From the NCBI GenBank assembly GCA_016931965.1, contig JAFGDT010000086.1, positions 129,142-193,141 on the forward strand: a stretch of DNA of 64,000 nt, in the 5' to 3' direction. The position numbers were made by a program, and so were the translations under genes. The notes beneath the pieces were generated by a model. It was not told the DNA's origin and did not search any database. It was given only the letters and a program-made list of their open reading frames with translations. This DNA is from a bacterium. GTDB taxonomy: Bacteria > Zhuqueibacterota > QNDG01 > DSAB01. Of this stretch, positions 38,839 to 48,560 are shown piece after piece. The first letter of the stretch is position 1. Every line of letters starts with the position of its first letter.

Positions 38839-39741
38839 TCACCGATTTTCCAAACCGGCCTTTTCCCTGAGTTTCAGAATAACCTGCATGACCTCTTTGG
38901 CATTTTCAAGACTGCAGCGGGGTTTTGGCCCCCCCTGCAAATAGGATAGAAATTCCTTGAGTTCCAGATAAAGGGGGAATGTCGTATCAATGTCCACTTT
39001 TTCCTCACCAGCTTCATTTCGGATTGTAATGTGATCGTCATAGGCATTGTAAAGTTCTGCGCTGCCTTTACTGCCGTGGATACTGACGCCACTGATTTTA
39101 TGACTGTGTCTGCCGCTTACGGAAAGGATGACGGCAACGTCGTTCCCCAGCATGGCCGTGAAGCTGACAGGCAATCCCTCTTCATTTTGAATCACATGAA
39201 TCGCCTGGACCTTGTCCGGGATTGTACCCAGAATATGCTTGACAATCGTCAGGTCGTGAACAGACTGGGTCCAGAACACGTCCCCGCCGTGGAAATCGTT
39301 GACCCAGGCATGCCTGGTTGCACACAATTGAACCAGTTCACCGATTTTTCCGGATCGAGCCACAACACGCAATGTTTCGATCCCCGGGTGGTAATGCCAT
39401 TTATGCATCACAAAGACATATTCGAAACCCCCTAAACCATTTAAAAGATCGAAATCTTCATGAGACAGACAGAGCGTCTTTTCGGAAAAGATCGGTTTTT
39501 TATGTTTGAGCAGACTCGCACACACGCAGGCTAAATCGGGGATGCGGACAGCGACCACATAACCGTCACAAGCTGGCAGGGCTTCCATATCGGAATAAAC
39601 ACGCGAAGCCCCCATCTCGGAAGCACGGTCTCTTGCCCGGCCGTCAATATCAGCCACACGGACCTGGCAGTTCAAGAGGAGCAAATCCCGCAATATATTT
39701 TTCCCCCATCCCCCACAACCGACCAACCCGATGATTTTCAT
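38839..39741 (-). CDS. Gfo/Idh/MocA family oxidoreductase
   Basis: GLVGCGGWGKN, SEK, HDL. Confidence 0.85.
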   Translation of the reverse strand: MKIIGLVGCGGWGKNILRDLLLLNCQVRVADIDGRARDRASEMGASRVYSDMEALPACDGYVVAVRIPDLACVCASLLKHKKPIFSEKTLCLSHEDFDLLNGLGGFEYVFVMHKWHYHPGIETLRVVARSGKIGELVQLCATRHAWVNDFHGGDVFWTQSVHDLTIVKHILGTIPDKVQAIHVIQNEEGLPVSFTAMLGNDVAVILSVSGRHSHKISGVSIHGSKGSAELYNAYDDHITIRNEAGEEKVDIDTTFPLYLELKEFLSYLQGGPKPRCSLENAKEVMQVILKLREKAGLENR

Positions 39742-39981
39742 TTTTCAATATCCTTAATTGGATGTAAAAAGGTAAGAGATACAGCAGTGATAATCAAGTT
39801 TTATTTTCCGATCTCCTGGTATATACGATCACACAGCATATCCATCCCGGGTGTGAAATGAATAGGGTATCCGCCTTAAAAAAATGGCGTCATCCTTGAG
39901 CAAAATTAAGGGACGGCTGATCTGAATTCCCGATCGCTCAGGGTATTTTTTTGCGTGTTTTAAGTTGACTACTGCTACCCT

Positions 39982-40405
39982 TCCCCAGATTCTTCACTTT
40001 CGCTCAGAATGACACCTCTCTGGTGTCAGGATTCTTCAAAACCATGCAGGAATGACAACACAGCCAAATTCCAAATAAATCCAAATACAAAATCCAAACT
40101 CAAATAAATACCAATACTACCAAGAAAATCACAAATTCCAATAATACCAAATTCAATTGACAAAAAATCCAAATGCCAAAGACCTTAAGTAAATCAAAAT
40201 GACAATGTAAAATGCAAAAATACTTCTTTTTGATTTTTAATCCTTCTCCTTTTATTTTTTTAACCTTTATCTTTATCCTTTTTATATTGGATTTTTAATA
40301 TGTCATTTTGCATTTTGATGTTAGAATTTTAATATATTGATTATTTTGGATTTGGGTTTTGGGATTTGTTTGGGATTTGGTAGTATTTGGATTTTGGATT
40401 TTTAT
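39982..40405. repeat. Composite repeat cluster: two GAATGAC-type REPs plus nested CAAAT/ATTTG hairpin (copy B)
   Basis: attcttcactttcgctcagaatgac; ggattc..ggaatgac; long A/C-rich arm and T/G-rich arm enclosing an inner caaaatgaca/tgtcattttg pair. Confidence 0.8.
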
Positions 40406-40703
40406 CGTTTTGCCTTTTTACCGCGACCGGCCGATACAGATTTTCAAGTGGAGGGCATTTGATTTCCGCCCGCTATCTGCGGAAATTGAGCGAAAGGGAT
40501 AGGAGGCCGGGTAACAATAACCCGGATTCAAATATCTCAAACACCCTTCACGAAGCATGCAAAAAGGCGGGTCCTTTGGCAACTTTCCTTAAAGAAAGTC
40601 GCAGAATATTTTTTATTGATTTCCAGATCGTTCAGGACATTTGTCCCGTCATAAACAATTTCGGCCAGAACGTCCGTTCTGGCCAATCTCATTTTTTACC
40701 TCG

Positions 40704-40779
40704 TCGGGGCGGAGAGATTCGAACTCTCGACCTCCTGCTCCCAAAGCAGGCGCGCTAAGCCGGACTGCGCTACGCCCCG
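40704..40779 (-). tRNA. tRNA-Pro (anticodon TGG), CCA not encoded
   Basis: Minus strand CGGGGCGTAGCGCAG...CCTGC-TT-TGG-GA-GCAGG...GTTCGAATC..CGCCCCGA; acceptor, anticodon and T stems pair. Confidence 0.97.
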
Positions 40780-40815
40780 ATTTTTTGGACTATTAAAATA
40801 ATGGATCGAACTGAA

Positions 40816-41415
40816 TTAATCAAGCACATTTTTCAACCATTCCCCCATCAGGCGAAAAGCCTTCCCCCTGTGGCTGATCGCATTCTTCTCTTCACGGGAC
40901 ATCTCCGCAAATGTCTTCCCCTTTTCTGGAACATAGAAAAGTGGATCATATCCAAATCCCCCCACTCCGCAGTATTCGGAGAGAACGATGCCCTCGCAAA
41001 TACCCTCTACCCATTTCTCCTTTCTGCCATCGGCAAAAACGACTATACACCTGAAACGTGCCGTACGCTTCTCCCGGGGGACATCCTGTAAAAGGCGAAG
41101 TAATTTCTCATTGTTGTCGCGGTAACTCACATTTTCTCCGGCAAAACGGCTCGACCGCACACCTGGATCACCATTAAGCTGATCCACTTCCAGACCCGTA
41201 TCATCCGCAATGGAGGCCGTTTTCGTCCAGCGGTATGCCGCCCGCGCTTTTTTCAACGCATTGTCTAAAAGTGTTTTCCCGTCCTCGGCCACCTCGGCCA
41301 TTTCAGGAAAATCGAGCAAAGAAAGAAATTCCCAGTGACCATTCATCATGATATGGCGGATCTCCTTCACTTTATCCCGATTCCTCGTTGCAAGGACGAG
41401 TTGGTTCAGACCCAT
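40816..41415 (-). CDS. rdgB: Non-canonical purine NTP pyrophosphatase (Ham1 family)
   Basis: ATRNRDKVKE, ADDTGL, PGVRSSRF, GFGYDPLF, KNAISHRGKA. Confidence 0.95.
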   Translation of the reverse strand: MGLNQLVLATRNRDKVKEIRHIMMNGHWEFLSLLDFPEMAEVAEDGKTLLDNALKKARAAYRWTKTASIADDTGLEVDQLNGDPGVRSSRFAGENVSYRDNNEKLLRLLQDVPREKRTARFRCIVVFADGRKEKWVEGICEGIVLSEYCGVGGFGYDPLFYVPEKGKTFAEMSREEKNAISHRGKAFRLMGEWLKNVLD

Positions 41416-41438
41416 TCCCGACTCCCAATGAGAAATGA

Positions 41439-41636
41439 TTATTTTATCGTTTCACGCTCATTGCATTTGCATAATTTAACCAACTTCTCGTTAAATCGCC
41501 AGGCTCCGGTTTTGGTCGATTTTTCCGAGGTGACCAATTTTGCCGATACAATCGATTCTCCACATTTTGGACAGTGTGTCGTAAAATCGTGGGTCGCTTT
41601 CGAAACCTTATCTGCAAATGTTTTTGCTTTTGCCAT
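41439..41636 (-). CDS. Small basic Cys-containing protein, possibly DUF4295/bL38-related
   Basis: Strong RBS (aaggag); Lys-rich; CPKC and CKC; KSTKTGAWRF segment. Confidence 0.7.
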   Translation of the reverse strand: MAKAKTFADKVSKATHDFTTHCPKCGESIVSAKLVTSEKSTKTGAWRFNEKLVKLCKCNERETIK

Positions 41637-41678
41637 ACTGTTTCTCCTTCAATGATTGATCAATCCTATCTGTCCTTT

Positions 41679-42950
41679 TTAAACCGTTAAAGAGGGAATA
41701 TCACTTTTACTTAAACCGTCAAATTTTCGCAGAAGCCGGATACGTTCCATATGAATCTGTAACGGAATCACGAGGCTGGAAAGCACTTCTTTGGCTTTTT
41801 CATCATACTGATGGGTGGATCGACTCTCAAGACTGATACACCCCCAGGCGTTCTCTTCACTCCCCAGAGGGATACCCAAAAAAGATCGCAGGCCATGTTT
41901 TGTATCTTCATTGCGGGAATACCGTGATCGCATCATATTGCCCCCTTGTATATCTGCAATAGCCAAAGGCATGTTCCGTTTCAAAATCCAGCCATTCAAT
42001 CCTTCATCCAGAGGAAACCGCATGCCCTGGTTCATATTATCCACCTGACCGAAAACATAATCAATGATGCCCTCATCGCCCTCTTTTAAACAAAAAGTGA
42101 ACCGATCCAGGGGTAGCACTTTCTTGATATGCTGAACAAATCCCCCCAGGGCTTGATGCTCCACATCAATAGATTTTAATTTTCTTTCCAGATCAAGATG
42201 GATTTTATACACCTGTTGGTCCGTCTCCAGTCCCATTCCCCTGTAACAAACAGCCATGATCTGAGTAACCAGCTGTCCACATCGAATCAGAAAATCACAA
42301 TCTTCCTGACTAAAATTACCCGTTGTTTTGCCTCCCACAGCAACCACACCAATAACCTTATCCTCCCAGATCAATGGAACACCAATCAAGGATCGGATTT
42401 CCGAATCCGCAATACCTTCCAAGACCGTGCCGATAGGCAGGTTATCTTCCAAAAAAGCGGTTTTCTGTTTTGCAATCTGCTCGATAATACTGTCTTTCTC
42501 GATGATCCTTCCCCCTGTCGTGCGCTGATATTCATTCTCTCCAACATGAAAGACCAAATGCTCCCGTTGTTGATATAAATACAAACCCACACAGGTACCC
42601 ACCATCATATTTCGAATGATACTCAGTAACTCTTCAATGTAAGTACTCAACACTTTTCCAAACCCTGCCCAATTTTCATCATCTAATAATTCCTTTGATA
42701 CAATTTCCTCAGGAGATTCGCGGTCCCCGCGATCGATTTGCTTAAATGAAAAGGAAGGTCCGTTTGAAACAAACAGAGTGACCATAAGGAAAACAAGAAT
42801 AAAAAGGATTCCCTTGACCAAAATACTCATCCAGTGACTCAATGAAATGGGAACGAAAAATCCAATCGCTACCATCAGAAATAAAAGCAGTAGAAGCCAC
42901 AGTTTTTGATCATTTTGGTTCAAACGTTTCACAAATCTTTTACCATTCAA
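41679..42950 (-). CDS. Membrane-anchored tandem GAF-domain protein
   Basis: Two N-terminal TM helices; RSLIGVPL..VIGVV and RSFLGIPL..WGCISLES GAF signatures. Confidence 0.8.
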   Translation of the reverse strand: MNGKRFVKRLNQNDQKLWLLLLLFLMVAIGFFVPISLSHWMSILVKGILFILVFLMVTLFVSNGPSFSFKQIDRGDRESPEEIVSKELLDDENWAGFGKVLSTYIEELLSIIRNMMVGTCVGLYLYQQREHLVFHVGENEYQRTTGGRIIEKDSIIEQIAKQKTAFLEDNLPIGTVLEGIADSEIRSLIGVPLIWEDKVIGVVAVGGKTTGNFSQEDCDFLIRCGQLVTQIMAVCYRGMGLETDQQVYKIHLDLERKLKSIDVEHQALGGFVQHIKKVLPLDRFTFCLKEGDEGIIDYVFGQVDNMNQGMRFPLDEGLNGWILKRNMPLAIADIQGGNMMRSRYSRNEDTKHGLRSFLGIPLGSEENAWGCISLESRSTHQYDEKAKEVLSSLVIPLQIHMERIRLLRKFDGLSKSDIPSLTV

Positions 42951-43180
42951 TCACGAATATTTTATCGCCTGATCAGCAATAACCAACTTGCGTGATAACC
43001 AAAGAAATCCTTACTTCAATAATCATAAACATTTTCAATTTAATAAAATTGTCGGGAAAGTCAATAAAAAAAACCTGAGAACCAATACGACGCATCTCAG
43101 GTCCGCCAGCGCTTAAAATGTTATAACATTAGCGATTAATAATTTGAAAAGACGGTTGGAGTAAATCCAAACAGGCGACA

Positions 43181-44158
43181 CTACGGTATTCCGCCTATCT
43201 TGACAAAACGGGACAGTTCATTTCCCCTTTTTCGAATCGTAAATTCAACTTCGCGGCTCGTGGTCATATTTCGCACCATTTTTCTAAGCTCTTGAGCATG
43301 AGGAACAGATTCACCCTCAAAGCCAACAATTGTATCCCCGATACAGATCTCCGCTTTTTGGGCGGGTCCGCCCGGCACCAATCCGACCACTTTTAAAACC
43401 TTTTCGGATTGGCCGTTTTCGACATCAATCACTGAAAGACCAATCCATCCCTTCCCTTCTTTAACATGTTGTAGGACATCGTTGACCACTTCGGTTACCA
43501 GTTCTATGGGCAATGCAACTCCCCAATTCCCCAATTCCAAATCCTGATTTCCTTCTTCAAGAACACGCCCTGCCAAAATACCCACAATGTGTCCTTCACG
43601 ATCAAATACAGGGCTTCCGCCATTCCCGGGAACCACAACCATTCGTAATTGCATCATACCATCCAGCCTCAACCCTTCGTAAGTTCCCAATGTAACGGAA
43701 GGGAAAATACCAAGCGAATTTCCCAGAACGATCAGTTCCGATTCCCTGTCCAATGAAGAAGTCCTTCCAATCGATACGGAATTGAGATTGGATAAATCCA
43801 CTTTTAACAGAGCAATTTTCGTCATTTCATCACAATGAACAATATGAGCCGGACTGCTCCTGCCATCCGGGAAAGTCACAATGATACTGTCACTGTCCTG
43901 GACAATGCTGCTCCGGGTTACAACCCATCCTTCCGGATCGTATACAAAACCCGATCCAATCCGGCAGTATCCCTCTTTCTGCTCTGGGGTATACAACTGG
44001 ATACTCACCACAGAAGATTTCGATCTTTTCAACCACTTGGCGATTTTGTTGCATTCCATGTCGCTGTCCAGAGAAGATTTAAAAAGCGACTGTGTCCATG
44101 CGACACGGCTCACCCCCATCAACAGAAAAAGTTGAAAAATCAATCTTTTCCAGCTCAT
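43181..44158 (-). CDS. HtrA/DegS-like (S1C) trypsin-PDZ protein, catalytically degenerate
   Basis: GSGF, VLGNSLG, GWIGL..GGPAQKA..GDTI PDZ; catalytic triad positions substituted. Confidence 0.85.
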   Translation of the reverse strand: MSWKRLIFQLFLLMGVSRVAWTQSLFKSSLDSDMECNKIAKWLKRSKSSVVSIQLYTPEQKEGYCRIGSGFVYDPEGWVVTRSSIVQDSDSIIVTFPDGRSSPAHIVHCDEMTKIALLKVDLSNLNSVSIGRTSSLDRESELIVLGNSLGIFPSVTLGTYEGLRLDGMMQLRMVVVPGNGGSPVFDREGHIVGILAGRVLEEGNQDLELGNWGVALPIELVTEVVNDVLQHVKEGKGWIGLSVIDVENGQSEKVLKVVGLVPGGPAQKAEICIGDTIVGFEGESVPHAQELRKMVRNMTTSREVEFTIRKRGNELSRFVKIGGIP

Positions 44159-44168
44159 GGCGATTTTC

Positions 44169-44738
44169 CTAAAAACTCACAGGGGTTAAACGATTCTGGA
44201 TATAATCTTGTTCTAAACCACGTAACACGGAGTCTGTTTCTGCTATGAACGTTTCCCCCTCTTCAGAACTCCGGGATATCGAAACAGGACTGCGATAATC
44301 ATCAATCACATATTGAATTTCGCCTTCAAAATCCTCTTGCTCGATAAGGGGCATCTGTGAAACGGTCATCTTATTACTGGATGGTTCAAAAAAGGACGTT
44401 TTTTGATCCAGCATCCAGAATCCCAAACAGATCACCACCACCATTATACCGAAGGCAGGAATCAAGCGTCCTGAAAAAGAAATCGATGGTGAAAAAACGG
44501 CTCTCTTACCGGCCATTTCTCTTCGAATACGCTCTCGAAGCAGAATGTGAAATTCTTCGGACACCTTGACACGACTGAGTTGACTGCATTGAGATCGAAG
44601 ATTACGGATCTGTGCTAAAAAGCGCGTACAGGCAGTGCATGTTTTTAAATGGGATTCCAGCTCTTTCCTTCGAGGGATGTCCAGCTCATTATCGACCAAA
44701 TCGAATATACTTTCTTTAAACCGTTGGCAAGGATTCAT
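44169..44738 (-). CDS. Zinc-finger (zf-HC2) transmembrane anti-sigma factor
   Basis: HLKTCTAC motif, single TM helix, directly downstream of an ECF sigma. Confidence 0.88.
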   Translation of the reverse strand: MNPCQRFKESIFDLVDNELDIPRRKELESHLKTCTACTRFLAQIRNLRSQCSQLSRVKVSEEFHILLRERIRREMAGKRAVFSPSISFSGRLIPAFGIMVVVICLGFWMLDQKTSFFEPSSNKMTVSQMPLIEQEDFEGEIQYVIDDYRSPVSISRSSEEGETFIAETDSVLRGLEQDYIQNRLTPVSF

Positions 44739-44801
44739 AGACGACCCTCCATGCTGAGAATTAAAATAACCTTTTCCTCATATGATGTATCCATATGCAT
44801 T

Positions 44802-45425
44802 TCATTTATCCAAAAGGTGCTGTAGATGCTTTTGTAATCGCAATCTCCCTCTGTTTACCCTCGATTTTACAGTCCCGAGAGGAATATTCAAAATCTGGCT
44901 GATTTCTTCATAAGAAAATTCCTGAATATCTCTTAACACAACAACTTCCTTAAATTTAGCCGGTAAAGCCTCAATCTCCTTCCGTATGGTTTGCTCTTTT
45001 GTCTTTCTTTCTATCGCCTTGTCTGGAGAACTGAAATGATCCGGAAGCTCATAATCTTTATCTTCATATCCCATTTGACTCAGCGAAAGAATACGCCTTC
45101 GCCGACGTCGTCTGAGTTCGGTTTTAGCCAGATTGCTCGCAATGGTGTAAATCCATGTTGAAAATTTTGCGACACTCCGATAGAGATTTTTCTTTTTAAA
45201 AACACGAAGAAAAGTTTCCTGTACAACATCCTCCGCATCAATTCGATTACCCACAAAATGGTAAATGAAGTTAACCAGCGGTTCTTTATATCGATGAACG
45301 ATCTGCTCGAACGCATAAACATCTCCCTGTTGAAAACGATTGATCAACTCCTCATCTGTGGGAGCGTTCTGCGATGCTTTCTTCTGCGTTTCGATTTTCC
45401 TTTTATCTAACAAAGCGAATCCCAA
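44802..45425 (-). CDS. ECF sigma factor (RpoE/SigW-like)
   Basis: DEELI, AEDVVQETF, FSTWIYTIA, SYEEISQILNIPLGTVKSRVNRGR; exact start uncertain. Confidence 0.93.
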   Translation of the reverse strand: MGFALLDKRKIETQKKASQNAPTDEELINRFQQGDVYAFEQIVHRYKEPLVNFIYHFVGNRIDAEDVVQETFLRVFKKKNLYRSVAKFSTWIYTIASNLAKTELRRRRRRRILSLSQMGYEDKDYELPDHFSSPDKAIERKTKEQTIRKEIEALPAKFKEVVVLRDIQEFSYEEISQILNIPLGTVKSRVNRGRLRLQKHLQHLLDK

Positions 45426-45440
45426 AAAGTTCCGACTTTT

Positions 45441-46463
45441 TTACGACCTTTTTACAAAAAACCGCCCTTTATTTCCACGAACCAGATCATGAACCATCAA
45501 TGTCATGACCACATCGGGATTTAAATATCCCGTCTTGATGTAAGTATCGGACTGAAGCAAAACATCAACACCGTATGCCAATTCATCTGCAGTAAAATGA
45601 CGGATCTGATCCGTATATTGTTTTGCAAAAAAGGGAGGCAGACCCAATTTCTTCGTGACACCATCCAGAGACAATCCCCGATCCAGCATGGCGCGCATGC
45701 GCATAAAGAGAAATATCCGTCGACTCAAATCCATGATAATCCCGGGGGGAGATTGTCCCTCATCCATCAATTGGTTTAAAACAATCAGTGCGTGATTCAG
45801 ATCTTTCCTGCCGATGGCATCGGTCAATTCCCAGATGTTGAATTTCCGGGAGAATCCGACCACGGTGATGATATCTTCCAGTTCCAGTCTCTTCTTCCCA
45901 TGTGCAAACGTCAGGATCTTTTCAATTTCATTAAAAAGACACCAAAGTGACGTGCCGACTTGTTGAACCAAAAAGGTGGCCCCTTCAGAGGAAAGGGTTA
46001 CTCCCTTTTCCTGAAGCTGTTTTCTGACCCAATGGACGGCCTGGTTCTCATACAGTTTCTTGCTTTCGCTCCAGTGACTGTGCTTTATGAATGAACTGTA
46101 GAAACGGTTGCGGCGATCGATTTTGTTTGCCGTGCATATAAAACAGGTAGATTCCAAAGGAGACTGAACATAAGTCAGAATACGGTCTTTATCAGAAACC
46201 GACAATCTTTGAACAGATTTTAAAACAACGAGACGCCGATCGGTCATCATCGGAAAAGAAGACGCTGTATTCACAACCGTTTCACCATCGACCTGATCGC
46301 CATCGAATAGATCACAATTAAAATCCTTTGTCGTTGAATCGGTAATGGTTTCAATGATCTTCCTGACCAAGGTATCAATTAAAAAGATTTCCTCCCCAAA
46401 GAAAAAATAAACGGGGGCCAGCTTACCACTTTCAATTTCCTTTATTACCTCATGGTAATCCAA
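45441..46463 (-). CDS. holA: DNA polymerase III delta subunit
   Basis: PVYFFFGEE, FNCDLFDG, FPMM..RRLVV, NEIEK, FNIWELTDAI. Confidence 0.9.
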   Translation of the reverse strand: MDYHEVIKEIESGKLAPVYFFFGEEIFLIDTLVRKIIETITDSTTKDFNCDLFDGDQVDGETVVNTASSFPMMTDRRLVVLKSVQRLSVSDKDRILTYVQSPLESTCFICTANKIDRRNRFYSSFIKHSHWSESKKLYENQAVHWVRKQLQEKGVTLSSEGATFLVQQVGTSLWCLFNEIEKILTFAHGKKRLELEDIITVVGFSRKFNIWELTDAIGRKDLNHALIVLNQLMDEGQSPPGIIMDLSRRIFLFMRMRAMLDRGLSLDGVTKKLGLPPFFAKQYTDQIRHFTADELAYGVDVLLQSDTYIKTGYLNPDVVMTLMVHDLVRGNKGRFFVKRS

Positions 46464-46466
46464 GAA

Positions 46467-48560
46467 TCACTCCCCTCGCTTTCGATCATTCTTCTGAAAC
46501 CATTTTCGAATCGATAAAGGCACATTGAAAAACAAGTCGAATACCGCATACTCCAACAAAGCCCCCCTTTCTCCAAAAACAGGAATGATATGCACAATCT
46601 GAGTCGCCCATCGCCCCGCCATAAAGCGTGCCAAAAACGGATATTTTGTCACCATCTGAAGGGGAAAACCCAGATACCCGATATAATGCCAAAAAGAAAC
46701 AAGCGCGGCTATCCAGTAATTTTTAATACTTCGGTCTCGGATCATCAGATAGACAACGTATCCTCCTCTGGCCAGTGAACCCGGCGATATCGGTGTAACC
46801 TGAAAAAAAGCGAGTACAGCCGCTGCATAGGCTATCGATTCTGCCCAAGTGTTGCCATAACGGAAAAACGCAAAAAGGGCCATCAAGAGGGAAATGACCT
46901 GTGTAAGCGGCAGTGTGCACACATGAACGGCCAGTGCTTTCAAATAGATCTGTATATAGGGATCTTTGATATGATGTAAAATCATCTGCTTTTCATCATC
47001 GCTCAGCATCCCCTCACGATGGCCTTCTTTGACCATATCCAGCAGCCATTCTTCACGAAAAACGGGATTAAAATAGAGTTTAATAGGATAACCGATGATA
47101 TGTTTGATCCGATTCCATGCGTAACGGGGTTCGGCTAAAAACCGATGCCACTTCGGAGGCAGCCAGCCGAATAGAATATCCTGGATCCAGAAACGAAGCG
47201 GACATTTTAAGAGATTATATATTCTCTTCGAACACGCCCGATCGCTTCTCTGCCACTCCAGTAGTATACCTGCTTGTTTTACTTTGAGATACCGATACAA
47301 ATATTTCCGATGAAATAGACAGGATTTCACATGGGAAACATAACGTCTGTTGCCGACAAGACGCAGTAAAAACTTGCCAATCAGGGGGATCACACTGACA
47401 AGACCCGCAAATCCGAAACGAAGGGGTGAAGCGGTGATTCTTTGACGACAAGCATCATCAATGAGCTCCTGTCGATACAGGCCTTCCACTGTTCCTGCAA
47501 TCACACGGCGCCCCAAAATCGAATCGGTTAGTATTCGAATGCCATGATGGGTGATATCCGGCAGTGATGATCGATAAATCTCCTCAACGTTCCGGAGTTC
47601 TTGAAATACGGGAAACAAATCTTTAAATTGCGTCCGATGGCGACGTATATACTTCTCCAATCGTCTCAAATCCCCTCGATCAAACTGAACCACGCTACCC
47701 CTTGCCATCCCCGCCAGGATCAGTCTGAAATCGGCTGGACTCATCGGTAAAAAGGGAAGGAGAACCAGACCGGCTCGAAAATCGATGGCTGTGAGACCAT
47801 CTGACGAAGCCTGATTCACACCCAATCGTTTCAGCACATTGGGTTGACTCTTTGCCGTCCACCATTCGTACTGTCTGGCAAACTCGTGGGCCCCCATTTC
47901 ATGACAGAGCTGAACCGTGCGGTTCATGAAAAGCCGTTTATTCCAATACTCGGAGGGTTTCGATCCATTTCCCCCGCGTTGAAATACACAGTCATCAATT
48001 TCAAATTTCCAGTTTCGCCCGTCGATCCATTCGTTGATTTCGCCCCAGCTTTGAAGGCAGGTATCATAAAACGTGCCATAGGTGTCGACAGCAACCCTCT
48101 CCGATCCGAATGTCACAAGCATGCCTCTCCGGATGAGTTTTTGCCAGAGTGTTCCGGAACGGGCGGCAGCCGCATACAGTTGAGGAGCGAAAGGCGCCTG
48201 AAATGCAATAAAATAAAGCAGATTACGAAACCAGAGGGCAAAAGATGAAGGTGGTCTGCCAATTTTGACTGCGTAGACTTCTCCTTTCCTCAAACCATTA
48301 ATCTTAGCATGAACTGGCTGAATATCCTGAAGTTGGACGCGATAAACCTGCCCCGCAAATCCGCCGCCTATGAATCGGTCAACTTTGAGCCGTACCTTTG
48401 CTTTGTTAGAGGGACAGACACCCTTCACAACCGTTTCAATGACGTCATCCTGATCGTAGTGCTTGAGATGGTAACGCCACAGCAGATCGGAATCATCCAT
48501 GTATTGGATCAACTTTTCCCGCACATGATAAAATTCGGGAGAGTCCATAAAAAATAACAT
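46467..48560 (-). CDS. Hypothetical protein with kinase-like N-terminal domain and C-terminal membrane domain
   Basis: IGGGFAGQVY, YAVK, EWIDG, QPNVL, AIDF; C-terminal hydrophobic helices. Confidence 0.7.
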   Translation of the reverse strand: MLFFMDSPEFYHVREKLIQYMDDSDLLWRYHLKHYDQDDVIETVVKGVCPSNKAKVRLKVDRFIGGGFAGQVYRVQLQDIQPVHAKINGLRKGEVYAVKIGRPPSSFALWFRNLLYFIAFQAPFAPQLYAAAARSGTLWQKLIRRGMLVTFGSERVAVDTYGTFYDTCLQSWGEINEWIDGRNWKFEIDDCVFQRGGNGSKPSEYWNKRLFMNRTVQLCHEMGAHEFARQYEWWTAKSQPNVLKRLGVNQASSDGLTAIDFRAGLVLLPFLPMSPADFRLILAGMARGSVVQFDRGDLRRLEKYIRRHRTQFKDLFPVFQELRNVEEIYRSSLPDITHHGIRILTDSILGRRVIAGTVEGLYRQELIDDACRQRITASPLRFGFAGLVSVIPLIGKFLLRLVGNRRYVSHVKSCLFHRKYLYRYLKVKQAGILLEWQRSDRACSKRIYNLLKCPLRFWIQDILFGWLPPKWHRFLAEPRYAWNRIKHIIGYPIKLYFNPVFREEWLLDMVKEGHREGMLSDDEKQMILHHIKDPYIQIYLKALAVHVCTLPLTQVISLLMALFAFFRYGNTWAESIAYAAAVLAFFQVTPISPGSLARGGYVVYLMIRDRSIKNYWIAALVSFWHYIGYLGFPLQMVTKYPFLARFMAGRWATQIVHIIPVFGERGALLEYAVFDLFFNVPLSIRKWFQKNDRKRGE

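Noticed and set aside
36630..40703. tRNA-Pro-integrated island
   Set aside because: No duplicate of the tRNA 3' end and no integrase seen in the window.
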